DNA of 64,000 nt from an uncultured Poribacteria bacterium (GCA_951813545.1 CATOTL010000002.1:5185-69184); one strand, 5' to 3'. Shown: positions 48,301-57,954, numbered from the stretch's first letter. Notes: a model not told the origin generated them from the sequence alone. Translations and numbers: made by a program.

Positions 48301-51300
48301 TCTTTGAGATACCCGCTCGTCGCTTTTACTATTTTATCAACAATATCCGGGACTTCCGTGTTGCTATCACCTTGCATGTGACGCACCAACATCTCATTCA
48401 ATTCTTCATAAACCTCTTTGAAAGTTCTATTATCTGCTTTTGCCCGTTCTCTCACAAAGTCTTTCCATTCCGGGTGCAGTCTATCTAAAAGATGCGTACC
48501 ACTCCCAGAGGTATTATCTCCAAAATTCCGTATCCGTTTCAGACTTGTCACCAAGTCTTGACCCGTTTTCCCCATCATGTCCAATACCTGTTTCCCCGTC
48601 TGCGGTAAAACCGCATACGCTCCCGCTGTTGTTAGCAAACTGCGTAATCGAGAAGGTATCTGTGTCGGTGTGTTCTCTGGCACATCGTCGGCATCGCGCT
48701 CAACAGATCGCGTCACTGGGATACCTAACTCGGTATCTTGCCTAACGCTACCTGTCTGATAGCCACCGATTCCTGAAACAGACAACAGAGTTCCATCTTC
48801 AACAGATGTCTGTCCGCTCGCAATACGCGTTCGCGCGCCGCGCGCCCCTGCCGAAACTTGTCCTTCCTGTAAAGGCATTTGCCCGGCGGTTGGTTCAGCT
48901 GCCATTTCGGGATCCACATCTGCTCCGCTTCCAACGCTGCCTGCACCGAGTCCACCGAGTTCGGATCCACTTCCTCCCATTGGTGTTGTTGTGGGTGTAG
49001 CGGACATACCAGAAAGTGCATCAGTTTGTGTTGGAACGTCTGATACTTCGCTTCCGCGTTCAGCGTCAGATACTCCATCGCCAACACCAGGTCGAGATGG
49101 TATTGCGGGGCGTGCAACGCCTTGACTCTCTCCCGGACCGCCTCTATCAGTAGGGGGTAAAGATAGAGACTGCCCTCCGGCAAGTCGTAGTCCTGCGGGC
49201 AGATCTGGGTTGCTAATTGGTTGAGTAAATGTCTGTTCGCTTGGACCAACTCCTGTGAACTCCGCGCCAATAGCTTCTTCCGTAAGTGGATATCTTTCAT
49301 GTCGTAACTCCTCTATTTTCGCAAATAATTCGTCAGTGTCTTTTGCAGTGTCTAACATCAGTGAGGATAACTTCCCGCGTTTATCTATCACATAAGCAGT
49401 CCTATTACCGCCAATATCCAAACGTCTCATATAGTAGCGGTCGCTAATTGTATTCCAATACGTGTCCATGCGTTGACGACCCATCGTTATGAATTCTATC
49501 GAAGTGATTGGCATAAGAAAGACAACCCGACCCTTCGGTGCAAGTATCTTCATCGCCTCGTCTAACTTTTGCGCTATATCTTCAACGACATTCAGCAATA
49601 TCACTGTCGGACGTGGCCCCACCCATTCACGAGCGATATTATCCGGGTCTATGTTGTGAACGGCATCAGCAACACCGGGTAGCACTTGATGAAACAAATC
49701 TCGCACATAGCCGTCTGTGTTCGTCGTCTCAACGGTTGCCGCGCCTGCAGCACGCGCGAAAGTTGCGAGTTCACCGTTGTCATCATTTATCGTAAGTACA
49801 CGGTCCTTGTCGGTAATCGCAGCTAAACGCGTACCTAGATAAGATTCCGCATGCGTTAGTGTAGTTCTCACGGTTCTGAATTCATCATAAGTCGATACTG
49901 CGTCTGTTGGGGACTTTACATTCGGGTCGAAGTTTTTAGACAATATCCACTGGTTGGTAACGAAGTGTATGAACTTATTTATTAAAGCGTCATGTCTGCT
50001 TCCCATCGCGACTGATTCGTTGAAATGAATCCTGTAGAGATCATAAGGATTTATGTTATCACCATTTTCAAGGTCTGTGATAACATCTTCGATAAAAGCA
50101 TCGCGTTCTTTTGATGGCGTTGTTAAACCGTGTTCAACGCCATAATCGGAGTCAATCGTCGTCTCATGTAAACGTCCTGAAATACCGAGTGCAGCTTCAA
50201 ATTCATAGGTCGGTATCATCTGTTGGTATGCATCTTTGTAGCGATTATCTTCTTTTAAACCGTCAAACCATGCAAATTGGATACCAGCATCTGTACCTCC
50301 CCTACCTGGATGTTTGTGTTGGGTATTCAGCACCTGATTCCAACTTGATTTCGCAATATCCGCTTTCGTTTTATACCAATCACCTTCACCGACAAATACA
50401 TCAACATACAGACCGCCCCGAGATCGCGCTTCACCTTCAATGAAACTCCATAACTGTGCAGGTTCAAGAAGATGCAAATCCTTGTATTCTTGGACATCCA
50501 AAATTTCACCATGACGTCCCTTGAAAAATATCGTTGTCCAATTTAACTCTGTTTGCAGATATTTTGCTAATTTTGCGATACCTTTTAGATAGGATTCTTC
50601 TCTTTTAACATTCGTTCTTGGCAGCCCCGCGGATTCATTATACAATTTCAAAAGTTTTCCTGTCTCAGAATTGACATCATATTGGTAAAGTGGATCCCCC
50701 GGACGGATACTCGTATTACGTCTAAAAAAGCCTTTTTGTTGGGTTTTCTCCCACCCTAATTCCGCTTCACTTAACCCTATATTGTCGCGGTTACGGATTT
50801 TCCAATTACCCCTCTCATCTTGGTACGGTTTGGCTTCCGCATATTCGAGCGAGTTGACAACAATCTGTCCGAGATACTGTTCGCCATACTGCGTTAGGTC
50901 CGCTTTCGCACTCAATTTATCGCCATCTGAGAACATCGCGGGACCACCGGGATGGTTGTGCATCTGAATGAAATACTTTGCATTTAACCGGCGCATGTGG
51001 TAGTTGACGCGGGGGTAGTTGGGGGGGACAGCTTGACCGGGTACACCGAAAGATACCACCTCGTGTCCAACGATATTGTAATTCTCGTCTAAATAGAAAT
51101 CGACAAACCTTTCGAGTCCGGGATGTCTGAACAACTGTCCCATCACGGCTAACTCTTTGTGTGACGTGATTTTGTAGCCGCGTAAGTCGATATGCAACCC
51201 TTTACGGAGGTTCGTAAACACACCGCGTACACGTCTTTCTATTGCTGGCGTTGTCGCAAATTGACGACGATTGATTGCGTTCTGTACCGAGTCGATTTCG

Positions 51301-54300
51301 GTGTAGATACCGCCTTTGTAGAGCGGTTTCCATTTATAGTCCTTACCTTCAATGTCCTTGAGTACTTCGTTGACAGCACCTTTCGCAGTTTTCGCATAAG
51401 AGATACCCTCTGCAGCATTGTATCGAGGATACCGTATCTCCACAGCCCACATCGGATCGTCTTTTGTGCCTAACCGTCTTACCGTCACCTGTGGTGTTTC
51501 TTTGTGTCCGTCAAACATATAGATTTGCGTGTCACCGCTTTTACTGTATTTCTCACGTTCCATTGCAACCCTATCGACGCGCAACTCACCAAACGGTCTC
51601 TCTGTCGATTTCACTGGCGGTGGCAAACTCTCAAGCAAGGTATCGTTTGTCGATTGATAAGGTTCGCCACTCGGTGAGCCTAACCCACCTTTCCCTATCT
51701 CAAACTGACGGAGATTCGCAATTGCTGCGATCGCGGCTTCTTCAGGGCTGTTTCCTGCTGCCATCTCCATAATAGCGTCAATATTCTTGTGATTCGGGAA
51801 TCGGACAGTGACTTCCATTGTACCGTCATCAAGTCCGTGTGGGTCTGGGTCCACAGTGATGGAATAGTCAGGGTTCTCGTTACCCGCTGCGTCCGCGATT
51901 TTCAACCATACCAACCCGTCTGTCGTTTGCTTGGGTTTCAAGTGGATTTCGGATGGCAGTGGACTCGGCATGTTCCCTGCCACGCCTTGTGCATCCAACG
52001 CATCATCAACGGGGTCCGGATCCTCGTTCAATCCGTCCCATACACTGTCGTCAAAGTAATCAGCAAGAAACCGCTGAACCGCATCTAACGGGCTTTCAGC
52101 GAAATTTCTAACAATGACAAAACCTGTTTCCGACTGTACCATCTCCGATTCCACATAAATATAGTACTCGTTATCACCCAAAAAATCTACCTTGATACGC
52201 ATCGCGGGGTCAAGTCCGGGAATTGCGTACGCCATGCCCGCGCGGCTACCAGTATCTTTATCCTTGAACGCCTTTTCTTCTGCAATCGGGGGCATTTTGT
52301 CGATACGACGCTGTTGAACTTCTGTCAGCGCTGGGGCATAGGTGCGGGGGTTGTCGCCGTAGGTGAATTTGATGTCTAAATTAGAGAGAGCAGCATTAAT
52401 CGCGCCACGTGCCTGTTTATCTGTAAACCGTCCGAAAATTCTTTCTTCTACTGTGTTCTTTGCATAACCCGGTATATCAAACGTGATTTCTACCTTTCCT
52501 TCTTCCGGGTCACGGACAACAGAGATGAAAATATCACCATTCTCGCCTGCACTATAGATACGCTTTGCCGGTGTATCCTTCGTTTTCGGGGCATAGTGAA
52601 TCAATGTTGGCGTAGAGAAACTCACCTCATTGTGCGCGCGTTCACTAACCGCACGGTCATATTGCTGAAGCACATGCGCACCGAATTGCGTTTGAACATC
52701 TTCGCGCAACCTCGCTTCATCTATAATCTCGCCACGATACTGACTTATCGTTTTTTGGATCTCAACCAAGTCGTTTATCACATCTTCGGGCATGTGACGC
52801 GGCAGTGTATATTTTTCAGCGAATTCGACTTTATTCGGTAAACGTTTCGCACCCTTGAAATCGCCTTGAAGGATACCTCTGAAATACTGTTGGGCAAGCG
52901 CACGGATATTCTGACGGTATGCCCTATCTGCTTGCTCATATTCCTCGTCTGTAACGGCTTCGGGTTCAGGCTCAGCATCTTCAGGTTCTGTTTCTGTATC
53001 TTTTCCTTCCTGTTTTTGTTCAGACTTTACATAAAATTTACCATCTTCTACAACACCTAAAATATATTTATTCAGATCAATTTCATTTTCAACAAGAACT
53101 TCATGAACATTACCCTCTTGTAATAAAGTGATAGCCTCTTCACCTGAAAACCTATATTGCGATTTTAGTTTATCAACTTGTTCTTGAAAATTTTGGTAAA
53201 GTTTTTCTTCAATTTCAGGTGCAACTTCTACTCCAAATCCATCACCTCTAAAAGACTTTAACTCAAAAACACCTGTTTCTCTTGCAGCTGCCATAAATGA
53301 TTTTGAAAGAGCTTCAGTAGCAACTATAGCCCCGTCTCGAACCAACGACTCTATATCTAAAATAACTCCATACCTTTTAATATTTTGATAAACATCTCCT
53401 TTTTTTGTTGCCAAAAACACATATTTTTGATCTCCTGCAGCAACATCTGCCAAACTTAATATGCCTGTACCAAGAGTTTGTTCTTCAGTAGATTGCTTTA
53501 ACATGTCTGAGGAAAAGATTTTGCCACTTTCCAGAATTTTATCATATACTTGTTGTGCTTCTATTGTATCCAAAATAAGATGTATAGCTGCATTTTCGGG
53601 CAATGTTTCCGTCTCAACCATTCCATAATTAACACCTGAAACAGATATGGTTTTTACTGCTGGTGTGGGTTCTTCGCCTTCTTCTTCATCAACTTTATCT
53701 TCATGTTCTTCCTCCTCAATAGGTTCAGGTTGGGGTTCTGGCGGTGTCGGTTCTACGCTACGCTGATTCGCTTGCCGACGTATCTGTTCCATCAGGTTAT
53801 CAACGTAGGCACGCGTGATGTCCTTCGCCCTCGCAATGTCACCCGCTTCCAACTGCTTCTGTAGAATTTCTGTAGGATTCGCCCATAGCAAATCGTATAA
53901 CTGCTGTTCAAAAAACACTTCTTTCGTAAACGGGTCTGCGAACAATTCTTCCTTCGCGGGGTCCAATTCCAACACTTCATTGACATACCGCATAAATATC
54001 GACGCGAGTTGTTGGTACGCACCTATCCGATGATCCATGATATAGAGCATCTGCAACGTCGGCACATTCAAATCACCGATGTTCGTTTTCGGTTGAAACA
54101 ATAAATCTTGCTTGAAAAAATCGCCAACGATGTCACCGTTCTCTTTGAGTGTGTTCAGCATGCCGACGGCGCGCGCTAATTCCTCTGCGATAGAATGATG
54201 TGCTTCGCGTCGGTTGCTACGGAAATAGGATTCAAGTAATGCTAACTGGGGGACAATAACATCGAGCATGTTATTGATATTTTGGATTTCGCCAAATTTA

Positions 54301-57300
54301 CTTTCAATCAGAATTTTGGACATGTGGAGTCCATATTCACCATTGAAAACGTACCGAAGCATCATTGCCCGGACACGTTCACCACCACGCGATGAAAAAC
54401 TTTCACCATCGCTTTGTAGGAACGCATTCCGCATACGCGCCGGTATGTTTTTTAGCAATTTTTGACGGAATTCTAAATTGTCTTTATGGTTAAGTGCCTC
54501 CGCGAAAGTCAAGCCCGCCTTGCCTTTCCACTCTAACATAATATCATCTCTGAGGTAAGATGCGTCGCTACTTGCTTGCTCGGAAGAAGTATCCTCTAAT
54601 CCCGCGAATTGGTTTGCATCTTTGGCAAGTTGCACTTCATCGACATCATCAACAATCCGACGAATCAAAATGGACTCCGGGTCTCCGTCCACATCTGCTG
54701 CGTCTTTGCCATAGCGATGCACATTCTTTCGCAGATAATCTCGATACTTTTCCCACTGCTCCGGGTAGTCCTGAAGCATCTTTTTCAATATATATAGCCG
54801 TCCTGAACCAGATACGGATGCGTCAGGATACTCTTTAGACAATGCTGGTGCGCCATCAGATAATTGCGCAAAATGGTCAATAAGGAATTCGGGGGCAACG
54901 TCTCTCGCTTTTTCATCAAGGAATTCTAAATCGACTGTGCTACCGCGCTGATCTCGGGGTTGAAGTCCGGCTGGATAGTTTTCGTTCTCGCTGCCATCAA
55001 GGTTATGCGATCCTTGCACTTCGTTGATATTGACCAAATCGTACTCGACACGATACCGCCCTTTCCGCGCTGAATCGCGCACAAACCTGTCCGGTGTGCC
55101 TTCAAGGGTCCCACCCAAGCGTTTATCCGTTTCTTTCTCCATGTAGTCTATCATGTCGGAAAGTGAATCAAACGTCGGATAAAAGGCTTCGGCTTCCTCA
55201 TGGTCTGTCCATTTGTGCTTTGTTGTCTGGTAAATCGTATCACTGCCGGATACGTTCATCGCTTCAGCTTCGGTGCGTTTCGGGTCGTTGGCGAAATAAA
55301 GAACACGCCCACCGCCGCGCACTGCACCGCCAACGTTTTTCATATCTTGGTAGACATTGAAATGGCTACCCTCCTCGGTAGACATCGCAGCGTCGATGCT
55401 GATACGGTCGGGGTCGTCGATTGCTGATACCTGTTCGTCAGAGAATTCTTCGCCATACTGTTCTTGCGCCTGTCCGAGCGTCAACCGTTCGCGCGGTTCG
55501 GTATCCTCAGCAGTTTCTTCAGGCTCCACGGCTCCTTCGGTATCTTCCGGTGCTGCTTCCTGTGTTTCTTCTTCAGCAGCTGCTTCTTCGGGTTCAACCG
55601 GAGATTCGCCTTCAGCGTCCTCGTCAGTAGGTTTGGCTTCATCTTTCGTCTCCCATGCTTCTCTTTTTGCATCAAACGCAATACTGTGCCACACATTCGG
55701 ATTCTTTAAATTATCAGGTAAATTTGTACCATTAATCAAAGCATCCATCATACCAAGATACAATAAATCAACCTGTTGTCCTACTAAACGCGTAGCATGC
55801 ATAAAATCATCCTGTGATAAATTCGGATTCATTGTAGTCAAAACCTCTATTTCATGTTTATAGAATTCTATAAGCATGGATTTCAATGTGGCTTCATCTA
55901 CAACATTTGCAGGATTGAGTTTTTCTGCTATTTGTTTATCATGAATTGGAATACTCTCTAATTTATTCTCTGGTTTGGTATAAACAACCTTATCCTGTAC
56001 AATACCAATCAAATACTCATGAAGATCTAACTTTTGTGGAGCAATCAACTCAAAATGATTACCTGCTACTGAAAACCTTCTAATAAATTCAAGTGTTTTA
56101 TTTACATCTGCGTTTGGATACCTTAATAAACGCAGTCCACCTTCTTTTACCGCTTTTTCAAGATTTAGTATAAATCCGTAGTTATGGCGATCTGTATTTT
56201 TTCGGTAATAAGCACCATGTGAAGCATATACATACTGCGTACGATAGTTTGGATTATCCGGGTCAAAATTTGCAGCATCAGGAGCCCATATTGCCTCCTG
56301 ATTTAAGATGTTTGAAAAAGCAACAAGTTCGTCCTCACCTGATTCAGCAATCTCTGAAACCATGTGGTCTGCATCATTTGCATCACTATATCCAGCAGAA
56401 CGTACATCGTCCCTTACATACTCATGCGGAGTATTACCAATATTAAAAGTAATACTTTCAGGTCCAGGAGCAGGTTGAATTTCATCAGCAACTTCTTCAT
56501 CGCCTTCAGGGGCTGCGTCCTGTGTGGGTTCGGCATCACCAGCAGTTTCATCATCGGGTATAGGTACATCATCATCGGGTTCGACGGCTTCCTGCTGATC
56601 CTCGATAGGAATAATAGCATCTTCTTCTGGCGGTGTCCAACCCGGTGCTTGCTCATACTCTTTCGCGAAGTCTTGCGCTGCTAAATCTAAAGCGTCCTCG
56701 AAAGAGATACCCTTACGTTTGATATTCAACATTCCATCAAACAGTATTTTTTGACCGACATATCCTAACAGCTCCAACAACAGTTCATCGTTCTGGATAT
56801 ACAGATTTAAAGTCTCTATTCCATATTCCACAAATTTACTGATTTTGCCTGACTTTTTTAATTCGTGAAATTTCTTTTGGAGTGCTGGACCATAAAATTC
56901 ATCGTTCATCATATCTCGTAGAAGTTTTTTCGAGATATGTACCCGCTTTTTATCTTTTAAGAGTGCTTTCTCAACCTGATCGCGCACAAGGTCGTGGACC
57001 TTGTTCATTTTCTGCATCCGAAGTGCTTTGTGTGCTATCCCCAAATCGCTTGCAGCTTTACGCAACCCACTCCTGAGCGATGCTGCCCGTGTCGCACCGG
57101 AGATAATCGTTAACACGTCCAAAAGATCGCCTATGTCGCTTCCTGTTGTCGTCAATGCTTTCGCTGAATAAAACGTACCGACAAAAGATTTCGGCAGCTC
57201 AATAACCGCAACCGTTCCTTGTCCAATCGCTTCATTCCCCGTAATTTCACCGAGAAACCGCCCCGTCGCTCCTTGCGCTTTCTCAATAGCACCCATTGCA

Positions 57301-57716
57301 CCTTCGGCTAATTCTTCACCTTCATAAACACGTCCCACCTGTCCCGTAAAATCTTCTACGATTTGCTCCGGGTTATTCATTCTACGTCTAAATTCTCCAT
57401 GCGCCATAAACGCGCTTTCACCAAACCGTAAGTACGTACCGGGCCACCATGACCGCCGTTTTTGTGCAAAGTCTAAAGTATACCCTTTATCCATTTCTTC
57501 AAGGATCACAAGCGCACGCTTTTCGTTCAATGCACCACTTTCCACCATTTGTTTGAATTTCTGACCATCAGGCGTTTTTTCAAATTCCGACCATTCATGA
57601 GACCGAAATTGTGGGTTTGCTGATGCATCCGATTCTTCGGAAAGGGGTTCTTCTGTTTCAACTTCAGGTTGAATTTTTTCTTCTTGCATGTCAGCCAACC
57701 TTTTCATGCTTCTCAT
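45375..57716 (-). CDS. Giant (4113 aa) multidomain polyvalent virion/ejection-type protein
   Basis: Uninterrupted 12.3-kb ORF. It contains a RadC/JAB motif, a duplicated ~160-210-aa module, a ParB-like GLQPRDQR motif, a Rossmann MTase-like segment, acidic and G/S/P linkers, C-terminal hydrophobic helices and an Arg-rich tail. Confidence 0.8.
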   Translation of the reverse strand: MRSMKRLADMQEEKIQPEVETEEPLSEESDASANPQFRSHEWSEFEKTPDGQKFKQMVESGALNEKRALVILEEMDKGYTLDFAQKRRSWWPGTYLRFGESAFMAHGEFRRRMNNPEQIVEDFTGQVGRVYEGEELAEGAMGAIEKAQGATGRFLGEITGNEAIGQGTVAVIELPKSFVGTFYSAKALTTTGSDIGDLLDVLTIISGATRAASLRSGLRKAASDLGIAHKALRMQKMNKVHDLVRDQVEKALLKDKKRVHISKKLLRDMMNDEFYGPALQKKFHELKKSGKISKFVEYGIETLNLYIQNDELLLELLGYVGQKILFDGMLNIKRKGISFEDALDLAAQDFAKEYEQAPGWTPPEEDAIIPIEDQQEAVEPDDDVPIPDDETAGDAEPTQDAAPEGDEEVADEIQPAPGPESITFNIGNTPHEYVRDDVRSAGYSDANDADHMVSEIAESGEDELVAFSNILNQEAIWAPDAANFDPDNPNYRTQYVYASHGAYYRKNTDRHNYGFILNLEKAVKEGGLRLLRYPNADVNKTLEFIRRFSVAGNHFELIAPQKLDLHEYLIGIVQDKVVYTKPENKLESIPIHDKQIAEKLNPANVVDEATLKSMLIEFYKHEIEVLTTMNPNLSQDDFMHATRLVGQQVDLLYLGMMDALINGTNLPDNLKNPNVWHSIAFDAKREAWETKDEAKPTDEDAEGESPVEPEEAAAEEETQEAAPEDTEGAVEPEETAEDTEPRERLTLGQAQEQYGEEFSDEQVSAIDDPDRISIDAAMSTEEGSHFNVYQDMKNVGGAVRGGGRVLYFANDPKRTEAEAMNVSGSDTIYQTTKHKWTDHEEAEAFYPTFDSLSDMIDYMEKETDKRLGGTLEGTPDRFVRDSARKGRYRVEYDLVNINEVQGSHNLDGSENENYPAGLQPRDQRGSTVDLEFLDEKARDVAPEFLIDHFAQLSDGAPALSKEYPDASVSGSGRLYILKKMLQDYPEQWEKYRDYLRKNVHRYGKDAADVDGDPESILIRRIVDDVDEVQLAKDANQFAGLEDTSSEQASSDASYLRDDIMLEWKGKAGLTFAEALNHKDNLEFRQKLLKNIPARMRNAFLQSDGESFSSRGGERVRAMMLRYVFNGEYGLHMSKILIESKFGEIQNINNMLDVIVPQLALLESYFRSNRREAHHSIAEELARAVGMLNTLKENGDIVGDFFKQDLLFQPKTNIGDLNVPTLQMLYIMDHRIGAYQQLASIFMRYVNEVLELDPAKEELFADPFTKEVFFEQQLYDLLWANPTEILQKQLEAGDIARAKDITRAYVDNLMEQIRRQANQRSVEPTPPEPQPEPIEEEEHEDKVDEEEGEEPTPAVKTISVSGVNYGMVETETLPENAAIHLILDTIEAQQVYDKILESGKIFSSDMLKQSTEEQTLGTGILSLADVAAGDQKYVFLATKKGDVYQNIKRYGVILDIESLVRDGAIVATEALSKSFMAAARETGVFELKSFRGDGFGVEVAPEIEEKLYQNFQEQVDKLKSQYRFSGEEAITLLQEGNVHEVLVENEIDLNKYILGVVEDGKFYVKSEQKQEGKDTETEPEDAEPEPEAVTDEEYEQADRAYRQNIRALAQQYFRGILQGDFKGAKRLPNKVEFAEKYTLPRHMPEDVINDLVEIQKTISQYRGEIIDEARLREDVQTQFGAHVLQQYDRAVSERAHNEVSFSTPTLIHYAPKTKDTPAKRIYSAGENGDIFISVVRDPEEGKVEITFDIPGYAKNTVEERIFGRFTDKQARGAINAALSNLDIKFTYGDNPRTYAPALTEVQQRRIDKMPPIAEEKAFKDKDTGSRAGMAYAIPGLDPAMRIKVDFLGDNEYYIYVESEMVQSETGFVIVRNFAESPLDAVQRFLADYFDDSVWDGLNEDPDPVDDALDAQGVAGNMPSPLPSEIHLKPKQTTDGLVWLKIADAAGNENPDYSITVDPDPHGLDDGTMEVTVRFPNHKNIDAIMEMAAGNSPEEAAIAAIANLRQFEIGKGGLGSPSGEPYQSTNDTLLESLPPPVKSTERPFGELRVDRVAMEREKYSKSGDTQIYMFDGHKETPQVTVRRLGTKDDPMWAVEIRYPRYNAAEGISYAKTAKGAVNEVLKDIEGKDYKWKPLYKGGIYTEIDSVQNAINRRQFATTPAIERRVRGVFTNLRKGLHIDLRGYKITSHKELAVMGQLFRHPGLERFVDFYLDENYNIVGHEVVSFGVPGQAVPPNYPRVNYHMRRLNAKYFIQMHNHPGGPAMFSDGDKLSAKADLTQYGEQYLGQIVVNSLEYAEAKPYQDERGNWKIRNRDNIGLSEAELGWEKTQQKGFFRRNTSIRPGDPLYQYDVNSETGKLLKLYNESAGLPRTNVKREESYLKGIAKLAKYLQTELNWTTIFFKGRHGEILDVQEYKDLHLLEPAQLWSFIEGEARSRGGLYVDVFVGEGDWYKTKADIAKSSWNQVLNTQHKHPGRGGTDAGIQFAWFDGLKEDNRYKDAYQQMIPTYEFEAALGISGRLHETTIDSDYGVEHGLTTPSKERDAFIEDVITDLENGDNINPYDLYRIHFNESVAMGSRHDALINKFIHFVTNQWILSKNFDPNVKSPTDAVSTYDEFRTVRTTLTHAESYLGTRLAAITDKDRVLTINDDNGELATFARAAGAATVETTNTDGYVRDLFHQVLPGVADAVHNIDPDNIAREWVGPRPTVILLNVVEDIAQKLDEAMKILAPKGRVVFLMPITSIEFITMGRQRMDTYWNTISDRYYMRRLDIGGNRTAYVIDKRGKLSSLMLDTAKDTDELFAKIEELRHERYPLTEEAIGAEFTGVGPSEQTFTQPISNPDLPAGLRLAGGQSLSLPPTDRGGPGESQGVARPAIPSRPGVGDGVSDAERGSEVSDVPTQTDALSGMSATPTTTPMGGSGSELGGLGAGSVGSGADVDPEMAAEPTAGQMPLQEGQVSAGARGARTRIASGQTSVEDGTLLSVSGIGGYQTGSVRQDTELGIPVTRSVERDADDVPENTPTQIPSRLRSLLTTAGAYAVLPQTGKQVLDMMGKTGQDLVTSLKRIRNFGDNTSGSGTHLLDRLHPEWKDFVRERAKADNRTFKEVYEELNEMLVRHMQGDSNTEVPDIVDKIVKATSGYLKENFEVRILSENNNIFRQGLLFDINEDFVDKGYLKQEHRNEVEQDRPLFDKFMRSMGQQAREKGVVQGFVQDKASGNVYAVFVQSKTFYNRDTQQSEIIEGSETYMLEDPFGNKVKIEATEASQDLLGETKAINPLLGNHPDYTLLAYRDPGRQRWTGDRNAARTIWDDAVRDGMPDPLRDAFADNGLEYPDGANIIYSKIANIQQWEIVKDGHPLYIIKRIVPAEEAVQPTPFGSFKTYSGVHDAYADFTQKLLVYKAGEARDPIFLFKGKVPHKVWTPVENYFPHIVDWNALDPERNRAGFEAYAQEVADANQIPLVEALDILSTRIEEAKTKKYGNLEQTRQYVFPNYRKDFFNVLDYYIIRAGHRLQAIKEFGQRNDLLEAKLLEFLSDDETLSTMSPTELAVAKLRYAAGYSDFEKGGKPQAGLPFRNESGTRLEFTPDTFNRPVGALNITPMSPADWQALIEAEFIEVLDNGNMQFTPKGIPFLENPILLKGVFAKGIERIHIAEDIIIGQLGWRKGDRFDEVGKNVARNVRNFFGLTYLGRAFIPNLSQTVNVGLTTGWRNMIRGFFDFITSDKARGEAQDVGAFAIDVMHEFGGVGSFLSRALHQQLGATPRYQVGKFGPKSLSPFAKHWEDPSIKTVPWSPFFQVERLNRGISARAGKHHAIAKIKKMIRNPERSNAARERLLSIPHAHTLKPKLNAALSVPNLSVKDMNTIRNLTEKEVREQMPHLYPVYDFLAEYAKEMADFTQHRVESLDRFKWMRDNPVLMTAALFRSFSFAQTKMLKDRLKMEWKVMHTWMNEDMGIQNKAVTKALAVGKTGFVLIPHILLATGMWGTATNLLGRISRFQEPDEEDLSFFAGVVQAGGATTFGEILYQLTHWAQGAEEAFLGPAFGTMADLTTDVVQGVRQQNLKRGLRTPLRLIRPPGYGPSAYQFLESFGESTMPPAPTTTRRNRRTPKRRTLERRDLRK
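50832..51239 (-). other. RadC-like JAB/MPN metalloprotease domain inside the giant ORF (aa ~2160-2295)
   Basis: LERFVDFYLDENYNIVGHEVVSFG ... FIQMHNHPGGPAMFSDGD, matching the E ... HxHP-x6-S-xx-D JAMM signature. Confidence 0.75.
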
Positions 57717-57942
57717 GATGGAAACATTCTAAAATGCCATCTGTGTTATACGCAAAAAGATAAGTCCCTTCGCTTAACACAACAGAAAGTGATGTTTGAG
57801 ACTTCGCTTCTTTCGCACTACACCGCTTTTCGTCCATATATAAAACAACAGCATCAAGCAAGTCTCTGTGAATAGATTCTATTTCTTCAGACGAAAACAT
57901 TTCACAAATATCTTCAAACGAAAGCGAATTGTGGGTAGACAT
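57691..57942 (-). CDS. Hypothetical protein
   Basis: 83-aa ORF overlapping the annotated giant-ORF start by 26 nt. Confidence 0.5.
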   Translation of the reverse strand: MSTHNSLSFEDICEMFSSEEIESIHRDLLDAVVLYMDEKRCSAKEAKSQTSLSVVLSEGTYLFAYNTDGILECFHHEKHEKVG

Positions 57943-57954
57943 AGGAACTCCTCG

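Noticed and set aside
45446-57076. Dozens of 60-170-aa ORFs on both strands inside the giant gene.
   Set aside because: All are nested in or antisense to one uninterrupted 12.3-kb frame with recognisable domains. None has an RBS.
45375-57716. The idea that the giant protein is an N4-like or crAss-like virion RNA polymerase.
   Set aside because: I found no DxDGD/NADFDGD two-barrel motif and no T7-like A/B/C motifs by eye. The recognisable modules (JAB, ParB-like, MTase-like) fit a polyvalent protein instead.
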